Assembly (NCBI GenBank): GCA_026770705.1
Contig: JANJGN010000838.1
Span: forward strand, 1 to 64,000
From: Isurus oxyrinchus
Lineage: Eukaryota
Length of the DNA: 64,000 nucleotides
Direction of reading: 5' to 3'
The translations under genes and the position numbers were made by a program. Shown one piece after another: positions 23,890 to 36,891 of the stretch (position 1 is its first letter; every line of letters begins with the position of its first letter). The notes beneath the pieces were generated by a model. That model had not been told where the DNA came from, did no database searches, and worked only from the letters and a program-made list of their open reading frames with translations.

Positions 23890-26800
23890 AAAATAGTGAC
23901 AAGGGTTGAATAAACTGGTGATAAGGTGAAAAACAAGGAAGAAAAAGCAAGGAATGAAAGCAAGCAAATTGAAATCTGGCCGTGCCTCGCACAGTGATTA
24001 TAAATATAATTTCCATCCTAATAACCGAAGCAGTCCCCTCGAAGAATGCTGCAGTTTGGAAGAGTTGATCCTTTCGACCCAACGGTGGGTGATTGGTCTC
24101 ATTATGGTGAACTTCTCGCGTTCTTTTTCCAAGTGAAAGACATTGATGGGGAGGAGAAGAGGCGAGCAACCCTCTTATCCACGTGTGGCAGTAAGATTTA
24201 GGGATTGATGCGAACTTTAATGCCACCCGGTGCCATGGATTCAAAAAGTTTAGATGATATAGTGAACCTTGTGAAGATTCCTTCCCAGCCCCAGCCCTCG
24301 GTAACGATGCAACGGTCCAAATTTAACTCAAGAAATAGAGTCCCAGGGGAGGCAGCTGCATGTTATGTGGAAAGTCTGAAACAGTTAACAGGACATTGTG
24401 AGTTTGGTAATTCTATAAATGATATGCTGAGAGATCGACTGGTGTGCAGTATAAATGAAGATGCGATTCAGAAGAGATTACTGTCTGAAACAGATTTGGA
24501 TATTCAGAAGGCTCTGGGAAGAGTGCTGGCTATGGAAAGAGCAGTGAGGGACTCGAAAAACATATGGAGAGTGCAAAATGTCACCGTCCTCATGTTGGGT
24601 GAGGAGCCTCAGCCAAGAAGTGCGGGAAAATGTACAGCTCTGATGAGAAACGGGAAACCTCCACCACTAGCAGCAAATAAAAAGGAATGACTTAGCAGAG
24701 AAAACATGGAATAATGGGAACAGAGGTGAAGCAGACAACCTCGTAGAATGGAACTTTAAAAAAATCAATTGTTTTTACTGTCATCGAAACAGAGAGCCCA
24801 TGAGAAATTGCAAGGATAGAATCAGGCAGAGTTTCAATCAAGAGAGAAAACCCTGTGAGATCCATAACATAGAAGAGCCTGAAGTAACAGATTCAGATAG
24901 TTATTCATTGTATAATTTAAAGGTAGGAAGAACAGAGCCAATCTATGTAACAGTGAGGGTGAATGATAGAGCTCTCAGAATGGGGGTGGATACAGGAGCT
25001 AACACTACGCTAATTGGTGAGCATACTTTCAAATACTGGAATCATGGGGAAAGTCAATTAAATTTGGAAGAAACAGATGACTAACTGAAAACTTACACGG
25101 GAGAAGACATTCAAGCCAAAGACATAAGCAGGGTTATTATACAGTATGGAAGTCAATCAGTAAAATGACCCTTGATGATGGGAGCTGGTGAGGGACCAAG
25201 CCTCCTTGGACAAAACTGGCTGAAAGATATTAAACTGGATTGGTCTGAGATCTTCCAACTGAGAGCCAGTGGGCTACCTGAGCTACTACAAAAATACATC
25301 TCAGTTTTCCAAGATGAACTCGGGGAGATCCAGGGGCTGCAAGCAAAAATTCATGTGGATCCAGACTCTACCCCTCTGATTTATGAAGGCACGACCAGTA
25401 CCTTATGCAATGTGGGAAAAGGCAGATGCTGAATTGGGCAGGTTCTAGAAACTGGGAGGGATACAATCTGTGCTGTCCTCAGAATGGGCAGCACCAATAG
25501 TCCCTGTACCTGAGCCTGGCCAAAGTGTTTGTGGAGATGACAAGAATTGACTGGAACGGCCTACACGGAGCTGATATGAGCCATGCTTATCAACAATTGG
25601 AGTTTGAGAAGGCCTCCCAGAAGTTTGTCACAATTAATACACACAAAGGGTTGTATCAATAAACCGGTTTGCCTTTCAGAGTCTCCTCTGCAGGATCACA
25701 GAGTCTTAATGGCACAGCAGGAGGCCATTCAGCCCATCGTGTCTATCCCAGCTCTCCAAATGAGCATCATGACCTAGTGTCATTGCCCTGCCTTTCCCCA
25801 TGCCCCTGCACCTTTTCTCTATCCAAATAACCATCTAATGCCCTCCTGAATGCCTCGATTGAACCTGCCTCCACAACACTTCCAGGCCGTGCATTCCAGG
25901 CCCAAAACTTAGTTGTGTGAAAAAGTTTTTTCTCACGTCACATTTGCAACATCAGTCATGCTAAATGTCAGCGGGAAGGTGGAAAGGAGTCCAGGAAGAC
26001 AGGAAACTGGACATGACTGGCATAGTCATGACAGGAAGCTGACCGTAGGAGAGACGGTATATGTGAAGGATTTTAGAGAGGGGCCAAAGTGGTCACCGGG
26101 TGAAATAAATGCAGCGATTGGAACTCTTTCTCACCATGTGAAAGTGGAAGACCGAGTCATATGGAGACATGTGGGTCATATAAGGAGGAGAGAAACAAAG
26201 TACCAAGAAACAACCCCACCAGTCTTCACGGCTGCGTCTATGTCTCCTGTTGAAAGAACTCAGCTGAGAACAGATGTGTCTGAAGGGTCCGTTGTACCTG
26301 CAAGAGTTGAGGAAACAGGTTTGCAGGTGTCCACCGAAGAAGCTGGTGTTGGGACAACATCAGAAAAGGAGACTCCTGACAAAGCATCTGAAGCTGTGGA
26401 TCTGAGACGTTCCAGACGCATAAGGAAACCCCCCAGAAAGACTGAATTTGTAAATTACTGATCTGTGTAAATCATCTGATACTTTGAGAAAATGGTAAAA
26501 GTAAGTGTAAAATGTATTTCTGAGTAAAGGGGGAGGGTGGTGGTAATCTGATGTGTGATGTACCTTTAAGAAGAAGGTTACAATGGAAGATAACATGAGC
26601 TCAGTGTTGTGGTGTGTTCTCAGAATCAACTTCAGGCCTGGCTAAAAACAGAACTCTACCCATTACAGGGAAACCATCTTTTTTGTTCACAGAGTTAGTC
26701 ACGTACACATTGGGTTATTTAAATTCAAATCTTGTCAGTACATAATCACATAATAAGCAGATGTTCCCAGTCCCAGGTACATATCTGCTCCTTACCCAAG

Positions 26801-27270
26801 CAAGAGCTGTTTATCTCGTTCTAGCCTGGTGCTGTTTGCCTTTACCTTATCTCTTTACCCTCAGCATCTCTTTATGTCTCTTCTCGAGTTAATCCCTTGT
26901 GATCTTCAATGCCTTTCTGGAGAGTTCTGCTGATGTCAGCCCCATGGTGCACAAGGTTCACCTGGAGAATTCTGCTGACCTTGGGTTTTCACTAATAGAA
27001 GTCCCTGTTTAACTCTTATATCAGTGTCCAACAGCCGAGTGGCGCAGGTACCTCAGTAGTCGGTCACCTTTAGTTAGAGCCTGTAATGCGGAGACAGGCT
27101 TTGAGTTGAAAGCACACAAGTGTAGCTGCTGAGTTCCTTTGTAAATAAGCAGAATGTGTTTCATCTAAGAACTGTCTGCTGATCTACTCTGTCTATTGTA
27201 CCTACTCAGCCTCTCCAAAACAAGCCTGGATCCATAAGTCCCAACAAACTCGTGAGCAGCATCCAACAGT
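23890..27270 (+). mobile_element. Degraded Gypsy-type LTR retrotransposon
   Basis: Gag-like HCEFG...MLRDRLVCSINEDAIQKRLL, protease VDTGA, integrase C-terminus VGETVYVKDFREGPKW, and PPT taaagggggaggg at ~26525 followed by a probable 3' LTR. Ends are approximate. Confidence 0.85.
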
Positions 27271-27377
27271 ATCAATAATTAATGTATGTATTGTGGGTGG
27301 AATTTTCGATTTGGATCAATAATACTAAACACTGATCACTCTGATTGTCACTCTGATCATTTCTGTTTCTATTACAG

Positions 27378-27494
27378 AAGAAAGATGAGAAGGATCTGGA
27401 AATGAAATCTAACCGCGGAGTCAATCCTGATACAGATGATGATCTTTACGCAAACTGTGATTTTGCCAAGGATTCTGTTTATGGGAATTTATAA
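27378..27494 (+). pseudogene. Orphan terminal cytoplasmic exon KKDEKDLEMKSNRGVNPDTDDDLYANCDFAKDSVYGNL*
   Basis: ttctgtttctattacag acceptor, phase-0 open frame of 38 aa, two YxN motifs after acidic residues. No upstream plus-strand exons found in the window. Confidence 0.6.
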
Positions 27495-28573
27495 ACTGAG
27501 CAAGAATGAGACACACACAGTGTGGGGAGAATACAGAACGGGAGAATCATTCAAAACTCCAATTTACCTTCCTAATATCCACAGGAACTCACTCCCAGGA
27601 AATAGATTTAAACCTCTTGTTACAATCTGATGGAATTTCTTTGGAATGATCTATCCAGGATGATTGTCTGTGGGTTTCAATTCGAACATCCTCCTTCAGA
27701 TTTGTCCCTCACTGTTGGAAACATCCTTCTCTCCATTCTGATTGTAAATGTCTTTAGATATCGTTCGATGATGTACCAGGACAGAACGGACAAATTCAAT
27801 ACCGTGTCCGTGATTATGAGTTAATTTTCATTCTGTTATTCACCTTCCTGTCTGTCAGTGTTTACAGAATATTCACCAGCCAGTGTAGACTTCAGGAAAT
27901 GCAGGATCAGTGGATAATTGGACCAGAGCAAATCCCTATAAATTATTCACCATTTTGCAGTCAAACATATGTTCAGAGAACATGTGTATTTTATGAGTTA
28001 TTGTTTAATATTAAACTAATCGCAGCCTGGGAAAGGGAAACAATTTGATTGGAGAATTGGTAGACTTCCGACAACACAGAGGAAAACAGGTGTGCTATGG
28101 TGTCAGCACTGGTGGGAGGATGTCATTACAGCGTGACATGTTTACATTGATGTTGCCAATGTCATTGTGAACAGAGGGAGCTATGATGTGAAAAGTTGCT
28201 TGCAAATGTACGTTTTTCACTGTATCCTGGATGGCTGAAACAGCTTGGACAACAGAATGAGCTAAAGCTACAACTTACAACCATTTCAGTCTTTCAGTTT
28301 TTGAAAGAACAATTAGCCTCCATCCTGAAGGCTGAGTGAATGGGCGGACTGTGCGATGTGTTACAGATTTCAAACACCAACATCCTCGATCCTGGTTCTG
28401 CTCTGTGTTTGATGAAAAGATCCTAACCAGACACATGGATAAAAGATTGGGAAAATAAATAGTCCTCCTGCATTAACCAGTAACCAGTCACTAACTAAGT
28501 TAATCATGTGAGGACAGGATTGTGTTGGAGGCCATTAACCCCAGCATCAAACACATCCTTTGGACTGTCCATT

Positions 28574-29530
28574 TACACAGAAGAAAGGAGGAGGCCCATT
28601 CAGCTCCTCGAGCCTGTTACACAGCAACAGTAGGAGGCCCATTCAGCTCCTCGAGCCTGTTACACAGGAACAGGAGGAGGCCCATTCAGCTCCTCGAGCC
28701 TGTTACACAGGAACAGGAGGACGCCCATTCAGCCGCCTCGAGTCTGTTACACAGAAGAAAGGAGGAGGCCCAATCAGCCCCTTGAGCCTGTTACACAGTA
28801 ACAGGAGGAGGCCCATTCAGCCGCCTCGAGTCTGTTACACAGAAGAAAGGAGGAGGCCATTCAGCCCTTTGAGCCTGTTACACAGGAACAGGAGGAGGCC
28901 CATTCAGCCCCTCAAGCCTGTTACACAGGAACAGGAGGAGGCCCATTCAGCCTCTTGAGCCTGTTACACAGTAACAGGAGGAGGCCCATTCAGCCGCCTC
29001 GAGTCTGTTACACAGAAGAAAGGAGGAGGCCATTCAGCCCTTTGAGCCTGTTACACAGGAACAGGAGGAGGCCCATTCAGCCCCTTGAGCCTGTTACACA
29101 GCAACAGGAGGAGGCCCACTCAGCCCCCTCGAGCCTGTTACACAGGAACAGGAGGAGGCCCATTCAGCCCCTTGAGCCTGTTACACAGTAACAGGAGGAG
29201 GCCCATTCAGCCCCCTCGAGCCTGTTACGCAGGAACAGGAGGAGGCCCATTCAGCCCCCTCAAGCCTGTGACACAGGAACAGGAGGAGGCCCATTCAGCC
29301 CATCGAGCCTGTGACACAGGAACAGGAGGAGGCCCATTCAGCCCATCGAGCCTATGACACAGGAACAGGAGGAGGCCCATTCAGCCTCTCGAGCTTGTAA
29401 GAAAAGAAAAGGAGGAGGCCGTTCAACCCCTTGAGCCTGTTACACATGAACATGAGGGGCCCATTCAGCCCACTCAATCCCATTACACAGGAACAAGAGC
29501 AGGCCATTCAGCCCCTCGAGCCTGTTACAT
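28574..29530. repeat. 42-44-bp minisatellite, ~22 copies (gttacacaggaacaggaggaggcccattcagccccttgagcct)
   Basis: Directly visible tandem array. Confidence 0.95.
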
Positions 29531-29619
29531 GGGAAAAAGGTTAGTCACATTCGGACACAGCCTTGGCACTCCAAGGTTTAACAGTTTGCTTTCATACTTT
29601 GACAGCAACCACCTCCCAC

Positions 29620-29840
29620 TTTGTCTCACAGTGACACATCCACCCTTTCTCATTAAATACACAGAGGGAGCAGCACAGGAAGAGGTCATTCAGCCCAAGC
29701 AGAGTGTGTGGGCAGTTCCTCCCCAGGCGAGCAGTCGGACAGGTCCTGGGTAAGTAACGGAACGATTGGAATTCACTTCCACCACCAACACCGTCCTTTG
29801 TTGATGTTGTGACTTTATAAAGACAGATTCCAATAATTCA
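29620..29840 (+). pseudogene. Orphan copy of the putative Siglec promoter / first non-coding exon (partial copy also at 42259-42400)
   Basis: Near-identical to 33510-33725, donor at 29750, truncated by satellite. Confidence 0.7.
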
Positions 29841-32238
29841 CAGTGCAGCACTCCCTCAGTACTGACCCTCTGACAGTGCAACACTTCCTCAGTACTGACC
29901 CTCTGACAGTGCAGCACTCCCTCAGTACTGACCCACCGATAATGCAGCATTCCCTCAGTACTGAACTTCTGGCAGTGCAGCACTCCCTCAGTACTGTCCC
30001 TCTGACAGTGCAGTTCTGCCTCAGTACTGACCCTCCGACAGTGCAGCACTCCCTCAGTACTGACTCTCCCACAGTGCAGCACACCCTCAGCATTGACCCT
30101 CTGACAGTGCAGCACCCTCTCAGTACTGAAACTCTGACAGTGCAGCACTCACTCAGTACTGACCATATGACAGTTCAGCACTCCCTCAGTACTGACCCTA
30201 TGACAGTGCATCAATCCCTCAATACTGACCCTCTGACAGTGCAGCATTGCCTCAGTACTGACCCTCTGACAGTGCAGCACTCCCTCAGTACTGACCCTCT
30301 GACAGTGCAGCACTCCCTCAGTACTGACCCTCTGACAATGCAGCACTCCCTCAGTACTGACCCTCTGACAGTGCAGCATTGCTTCAGTACTGACCCTCTT
30401 ACAATGCAGCACTCCCTCAGTACTGACCCTCTGACAGTGCAGCATTGCTTCAGTACTGACCCTCTTACAGTGCAGCACTCCCTCAGTACTGACCCTCTGA
30501 CAGTGCAGCACTCCCTCAGTACTGACCCTCTGACAGTGCAGCTCTGCCTCAGTACTGACCCTCCGACAGTGCAGCACTCCCTCAGTACTGACTCTCCCAC
30601 AGTGCAGCACTCCCTCAGCATTGACCCTCTGACAGTGTAGCACTCTCTCAGTACTGACCCTCTGAAAGTGCAGCACTCACTCAGTACTGACCCTATGACA
30701 GTGCAGCACTCGCTCAGTTCTGACCCTCCCACAGTGCAGCACTCCCTCAGTACTGACCCTCTGACAGTGCAGCATTGCTTCAGTACTGAACCTCTTACAG
30801 TGCAGCACCTCTTCAGTACTGACTCTCTGACAGTGCAGCACTCCCTCAATACTGACCCTCTGACAGTGCAGCACTCCCTCAGTACTGACCCTCTGACAGT
30901 GCAGCACTCCCTCAGTACTGACCCTCTGACAGTGCAGCACTCCCTCAGTACTGACCCTCTTACAGTGCAGCACTCCCTCAGTACTGACCCTCTGACAGTG
31001 CAGCACTCCCTCAGTACTGACCCTCTGACAGTGCAGCACTCCCTCAGTACTGACCCTCTTAGAGTGCAGCACCTCTTCAGTACTGACCCTCTTACAGTGC
31101 AGCACTCCCTCAGTACTGACTCTCTGACAGTGCAGCACTCCCTCAATACTGACCCTCTGACAGTGCAGCACTCCCTCAGTACTGACCCTCTGACAGTGCA
31201 GCATTGCTTCAGTACTGACCCTCTGACAGTGCAGCACTCACTCAGTACTGACCCTCCCACAGTGCAGCACTCCCTCAGTACTGACCCTCTGACAGTGCAG
31301 CATTGCTTCAGAACTGACCCTCTTACAGTGCAGCACTCCCTCAGTACTGACCCTCTGACAGTGCAGCACTCCCTCAGTACTGACACTCTGACAGTGCAGC
31401 ATTGCTTCAGTACTGACCCTCTGACAATGCAGCACTCCCTCAGTACTGACCCTCTGACAGTGCAGCACTCCCTCAGTACTGACCCTCTGACAGTGCAGCA
31501 CTCCCTCAGTACTGACCCTCTTACAGTGCAGCACTCCCTCAGTACTGACACTCTGACAGTGCAGCATTGCTTCAGTACTGACCCTCTGACAATGCAGCAC
31601 TCCCTCAGTACTGACCCTCTGACAGTGCAGCACTCCCTCAGTACTGACCCTCTGACAGTGCAGCACTCCCTCAGTACTGACCCTCTTACAGTGCAGCACC
31701 TCTTCAGTACTGACCCTCTGACAGTGCAGCATTGCTTCAGTACTGACCCTCTGACAGTGCAGCACTCCCTCAGTACTGACTCTCTGACAGTGCAGCACTC
31801 CCTCAATACTGACCCTCTGACAGTGCAGCACTCCCTCAATACTGACCCTCTGACAGTGCAGCATTGCTTCAGTACTGACCCTCTGACAGTGCAGCACTCC
31901 CTCAGTACTGACCCTCTGACAGTGCAGCACTCCCTCAGTACTGACCCTCTGACAGTGCAGCACTCCCTCAGTACTGACCCTCTGACAGTGCAGCACTCCC
32001 TCAGTACTGACCCTCTGACAGTGCAGCACTCCCTCAGTACTGACCCTCTGACAGTGCAGCACTCCCTCAGTACTGACCCTCTGACAGTGCAGCACTCCCT
32101 CAGTACTGACCCTCTGACAGTGCAGCACTCCCTCAGTACTGACCCTCTGACAGTGCAGCACTCCCTCAGTACTGACCCTCTGACAGTGCAGCACTCCCTC
32201 AGTACTGACCCTCTGACAGTGCAGCACCTCTTCAGTAC
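29841..32238 (+). repeat. 33-bp satellite (cagtgcagcactccctcagtactgaccctctga)n, largest array, ~72 units
   Basis: Directly visible. Other arrays at ~3375-3608, 6427-6693, 9547-9715, 12580-12780, 15541-15855(-), 23200-23865(-), 32963-33262, 37410-38097, 42090-42587, 43596-43808, 47966-48222, 53572-53850, 57984-58240 and 63545-63965. Confidence 0.98.
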
Positions 32239-34089
32239 AGGGTCCTGAATCTTTGGAAGTCTCTCCTTAATCCTTGGGTGTGGAGGATCTCAGAGACTCT
32301 CATGTAATTGAGAAGTCACCATGAGCACAGCAGCAGTCAGAATAGACAGATCTACAACCCAACACTCACACTTGCTGCACAGTTTCACCACCAAACCACA
32401 AGAATTAAGCAAACTGGCTGAAAATAAAGAGATGACAATTCAGCCTGTGTGGAAAGGTCAGAAGTTTATTGTTTCCTGTTTGTCTCTGATCTGCAGCGCA
32501 GATAAATATTAGAAAACCACAGAATCAAACAGCACAGAAAGGGGCCACTCAGCCCATTGTCCCTGTCCTGGTCTCCTGGGACAGATATCCAATTGATCCC
32601 AATCTCCCATTCTCTCACACTCTGCAAGTATTTTGAAAGATCCTATTGAATCTGCTTCCACCGCCCTTTCAGGCAGCACCTTCCAGATCACAGCAACTCG
32701 CTGTGTACAATCAAACCTAACCTGCCTGCTCAGTGATGGTTACTCCCGTCTGAGGGGATTTATATTCATGAATTTGGATTCAATCTGCAACAGGAAGAAT
32801 TTGAAGGACGATGGGGGAAGAGAGGTGGATTGAAACCAACTGTGTGCTTCTTTTAAAGAGCTAGCACAGCCAAGATGGCATGAATGGCCTCCTGCTATTC
32901 TGTGTGATTCTGTGATATGATGAAGAAAGTTCCTTTTCAGCAACAGTTTACTGATTCTCCAATAGTGCAGCACTCCCTCAGTACTGACCCTCTGACAGTG
33001 CAGCACTCAGTACTGATACTCCAACAGTGCAGCACTCCCTCAGTACTGATCCTCCAACAGTGCGGCACTCCCTCAGTACTGACCCTCCAACAGTGCAGCA
33101 CTCCCTTAGTACTGACCCTCTGACAGTGCAGCACTCCCTCAGTACTGACCCTCTGGCCGTGCAGCACTCCCACAATACTGAGCCTCTGACAGTGCAGCAC
33201 TGCTTCAGTACTGATCCTCCAACAGTGTAGCACGCCCTCAGGAATGACCCTCTGACAGTGCAGGACTCTCAGTCCTGACACCGAGTGCCGGTCTGGTTTG
33301 TCAGTCTGAATTTTGCCAAATGAATCTCGAACAGACGACCTTCTCACTCAGAGAGAGAGAGAGGGTTTGAAACACAATGACACACAGCAGAAATTCAATG
33401 ACTTTCCACTTTTGAGCAGAATTATCATCACAAGTCCAGAACGCAAAGGGTTAACAGCTTCAAAAACTCAAAACATCAGCTGCATTCTCACAAAGTGACC
33501 ACTACCACATTTTGTCTCACAGTGACACATCAACCCTTTCTAATTAAACACACAGAGGAGCAGCACAGGAAGAGGTCATTCAGCTCAAGCAGAGCGTGTG
33601 GGCAGTTCCTCCCCAGGCGAGCAGTCGGACAGGTCCTGGGTAAGTAACGGAACAATTGGAATTCACTTCCACCACCAACACCGTCCTTTGTTGATGTTGT
33701 GACTTTATAAAGACAGATTCCAATGATTGATGCCTTTGAAAGATTTCTACTGATTATTGAGATCAGGGTGTGAGACTCAAGTCTGTTGTACAGAACATCT
33801 TTCTAGCTCAAGGGATGAGGGAAGTGCAAGGACATGAGCTTTGGGACATCCTGAGGTGTTGAAAGGTGCTATAGAAATGCAAGTCCTTCAATGTTTTTCT
33901 TTCTTAAAGCCTTGTAACTCTCTGCAGAACACCTATCATCCCACAGAGAATCAAATTAATCTGTGAAGACATTGTCTAAAAGCAGTTCTGATCTCTCGAG
34001 AGCTGTCGGACAAGAGGTGAAGTCTCATTAACTCCTTTCTCTTTCAGAACTTCAGAGTTAGAAGCTGAGGAAATATCTGGGAGTGGACA

Positions 34090-34129
34090 ATGATCGGGAA
34101 ATCTTACTTCCTCCTGTCACTTCTCCAAG
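34090..34129 (+). CDS. Cassette A leader exon MIGKSYFLLSLLQ
   Basis: Identical peptide to the minus-strand leader, GTAATA donor, exon start 34048. Confidence 0.8.
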
Positions 34130-34929
34130 GTAATATCATCGTCAGCTCGGACAGATTTATGGTTAATAGTCTTTGTAAAAGATCATTCTTATTGAGTGTG
34201 ATTGGGAACCGATTTAGCAGTCACCCAGTGTACAAACTGACACCAAGTCCCATTCACCCATCACCCCTGTGCTCACTGATATACACTGACTCCCTGTCTG
34301 ACAGCAGAATTGGAGGAGAGCAGAGATCTCAGAGGGATGAAGGGGCTGGATGAGGTTACAGAGGTCGGGACTGGAGAGGGGGTTGGGGGGATTGGGAATT
34401 GAGCATGAGAATCTTAAAATGGAGGCACTGCTTGACTGGGAGCCTATGTAAGTCAGTGTGGATGGGGGGAAGGGTGGTAAAAGGTTGAGTAGAAAATCAG
34501 GGATAAAAACTGGAGGATGAAGTCTCTCCCTATGTTAGGTGTCTGATAGCAATATCCTGAAATGTGTCTTTTGCTGATTTTATTCAGAATTTCCCATGAA
34601 GACAACACAGCAGCTCCTAGAATAGACAGGCTGTTCAGTGTCACACTTCCTGTCCATTCTCACCTTGCTAGATACTTCAATAAGGGAGCAAGATAACTGA
34701 AAGAGAGAAGGAAGGTAAAGCTGTCCGTGTGTAAAGGTGTCAATATTCAGTTTGTATATTTGTCTTTCTCTCGACACATGCAGAGCTCAGGCGAGAGGCG
34801 CTTTGTTAGTGTGTTTCACAGTGTCTGCTGGAGTAGGGTCAGTGCTGAGCTTGGGGACAAGTCAGTCTACAATGCTGCATCGGAATCAACAATACAACAA
34901 TATGGGGTTTGGATCAGAAATAATCCCTT

Positions 34930-35030
34930 AGACAATGAGGATCCAAAGAGATTCCTTCAACAATGAGGATCCAAAGATATTCCTAAAACAATGAGGATCC
35001 AAAGTGATTCCTCAGTCAATGAAGGTCCAA
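34930..35030 (+). repeat. 28-bp tandem repeat (caatgaggatccaaagagattccttaga) in the leader-V intron, 3-4 copies per gene
   Basis: Also at ~45487-45587, 55532-55605 and inverted at ~21420-21520. Confidence 0.8.
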
Positions 35031-35663
35031 AGTGCACCAATCAGATTGAATCAGATTAGCCAATCAGCTGTGTTGAAGAGCAGACAGGAATGTTAGGCTA
35101 ATTAGTGATTCATGACGGTGATAATGGGGGGAGTTCTGAGGGCTCCTAATCCATTGTCCTGTCTTGTAAATCAGCACTGAATGGATCTCAGTTGGTGTGT
35201 CTTGTAGACAGTGTGTTGGGTCACATTTAATCATTGACATTAAAGTGATAATTAGAGGCTGCATTTGGACTGAACATGAAGCTGTCACCAGGCCGCTTGA
35301 AATTAACAATCCAAATGGTCCAGATGAGCAGAGAGCAATAGATTATATTTACATAGCGCCTTAACTGTAAAAAAAAACAATCCAAGGGGCTACACAGGAG
35401 CATTATAATACAAGGCACAGTGACACTGTCTCACTGTCTTCACTAAACAGGGTCCTGAGGACCATGAGCCAAAGTAGAATGAACTTGTCCACTCCTGTGT
35501 CCAGGATTCTCTTCCATCCATTGTGAAACCTTGGGGAGTTCCTTGTGTGTCCTGTAGATGTTCCACACTGCAGCCACTGTGCCCCAGTGATGGAGGGGGT
35601 GGATATCGAGTCTAGTGGATCTACAAACCTTCCAGAGTTAAATATTGATATTTCTCTCCCCAG

Positions 35664-36032
35664 TTGGACTGTCACAAGAGTGGAAAGGTGACAGTCCCCG
35701 AGAGGTGACAGCGCAGGAAGGTTCGTGTGTACAGATTCCATGTCATTACAGTTATCCATCACATTTGGAAAGCCAACCGCGAGGTGGAGTCTGGTTTAAT
35801 AATGAGAAACAGATTCCCTGGGCTCCCATTGCCTTTCACTCCAAGGATCACAGTCACGAGTTACCACGGTTCCACAATCGGACCCGGCTGTCTGGAGACC
35901 TGAAAGATGGCGACTGTTCCCTGATTATAAACAACATCACACGGGAAGATGCAGGACCTTATTTTTTCAGGATAGAATTTGACAATGGTCCGAGCCATAA
36001 CTATTACCCTGTAACCCAGCTTCACGTTTCTG
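35664..36032 (+). CDS. Cassette A Siglec V-set exon
   Basis: 369 nt open, intact splice sites, YFFRIE essential Arg. Confidence 0.88.
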
Positions 36033-36891
36033 GTAAGTGCTGTGTTATAATTACTCAACAATTCACATTCAACACTCAATGGGAAATAACACAAACTGTG
36101 ACGTTTACATATTAACACAAAACACAGCTTATTATAACACACTGCCTGATTCTCAATAACCTGGTGATAGCTTCCGGTTCAGTCCTAAAGCAACCTCTAA
36201 TACTCACTTTAATATCAATAATGAAAAGCATTAACTGTATTCTCAGGTTATCCACACCCATCAATCTCTCCTGTCCTGTGTAAAAGTCTGACGTATCGAT
36301 AAAAGAAAGATGTGCATTTCTGCAGCGCAATTTACCACCTCAGGAGGATCCAAATCCCTTCACAGCCAATGAAATTATTCCTGAATTGTAGTCACAGAGG
36401 TTAAACACAGCAGGCCGTTTGTGCACAGCAAGATCCAACAAACCACAAGGTGATAAATCACCTAGATCACTGAGGAAATGAGATGCCAGTGAACTCAAAC
36501 CTCTGGTCTTATGAAGAGTCATACGGACTCAAAACGTTAACCCTGTCTTCCTCTCCACTGATACTGTCAGACCTGCTGAGTCTTTCCAGCAATTTTTGTT
36601 TTTGTTTCAGATTTCCAGCATCCACAGTATTCTGCTTTGAACTCCAATCTCTGGTCTGAGCCTCTTCTCTCATCCAGTGTTCTCAATTCACATGTCTCGG
36701 AGTGAACGTGTATTAAGCTGAGAGACAGAAACACTACTGCCAAAGAGCAAGAAAATCTTTCCTGATCATTGTAACCTCTCAGTTCTGATATCATCCTTGT
36801 AAAAGTGCTTTCTCTTGTGGGACTGTGATTTCTATTTGAACTGATGCTTCACGTTATATTTGTCTAAAAGGATCCATTCTCTGTCTGTTAG

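Noticed and set aside
28574-32238. CRISPR-like appearance of the tandem arrays
   Set aside because: Head-to-tail repeats without unique spacers, in a vertebrate locus with no cas genes.
29843-32248. Long ORFs of 265-542 aa (VQHSLSTDPLT / VLRECCTVRGS / STEGVLHCQRV repeats), also at 23189, 41129, 51259 and 61276
   Set aside because: Artefact of a 33-bp (11-codon) satellite that is open in several frames on both strands; no splice or coding context.
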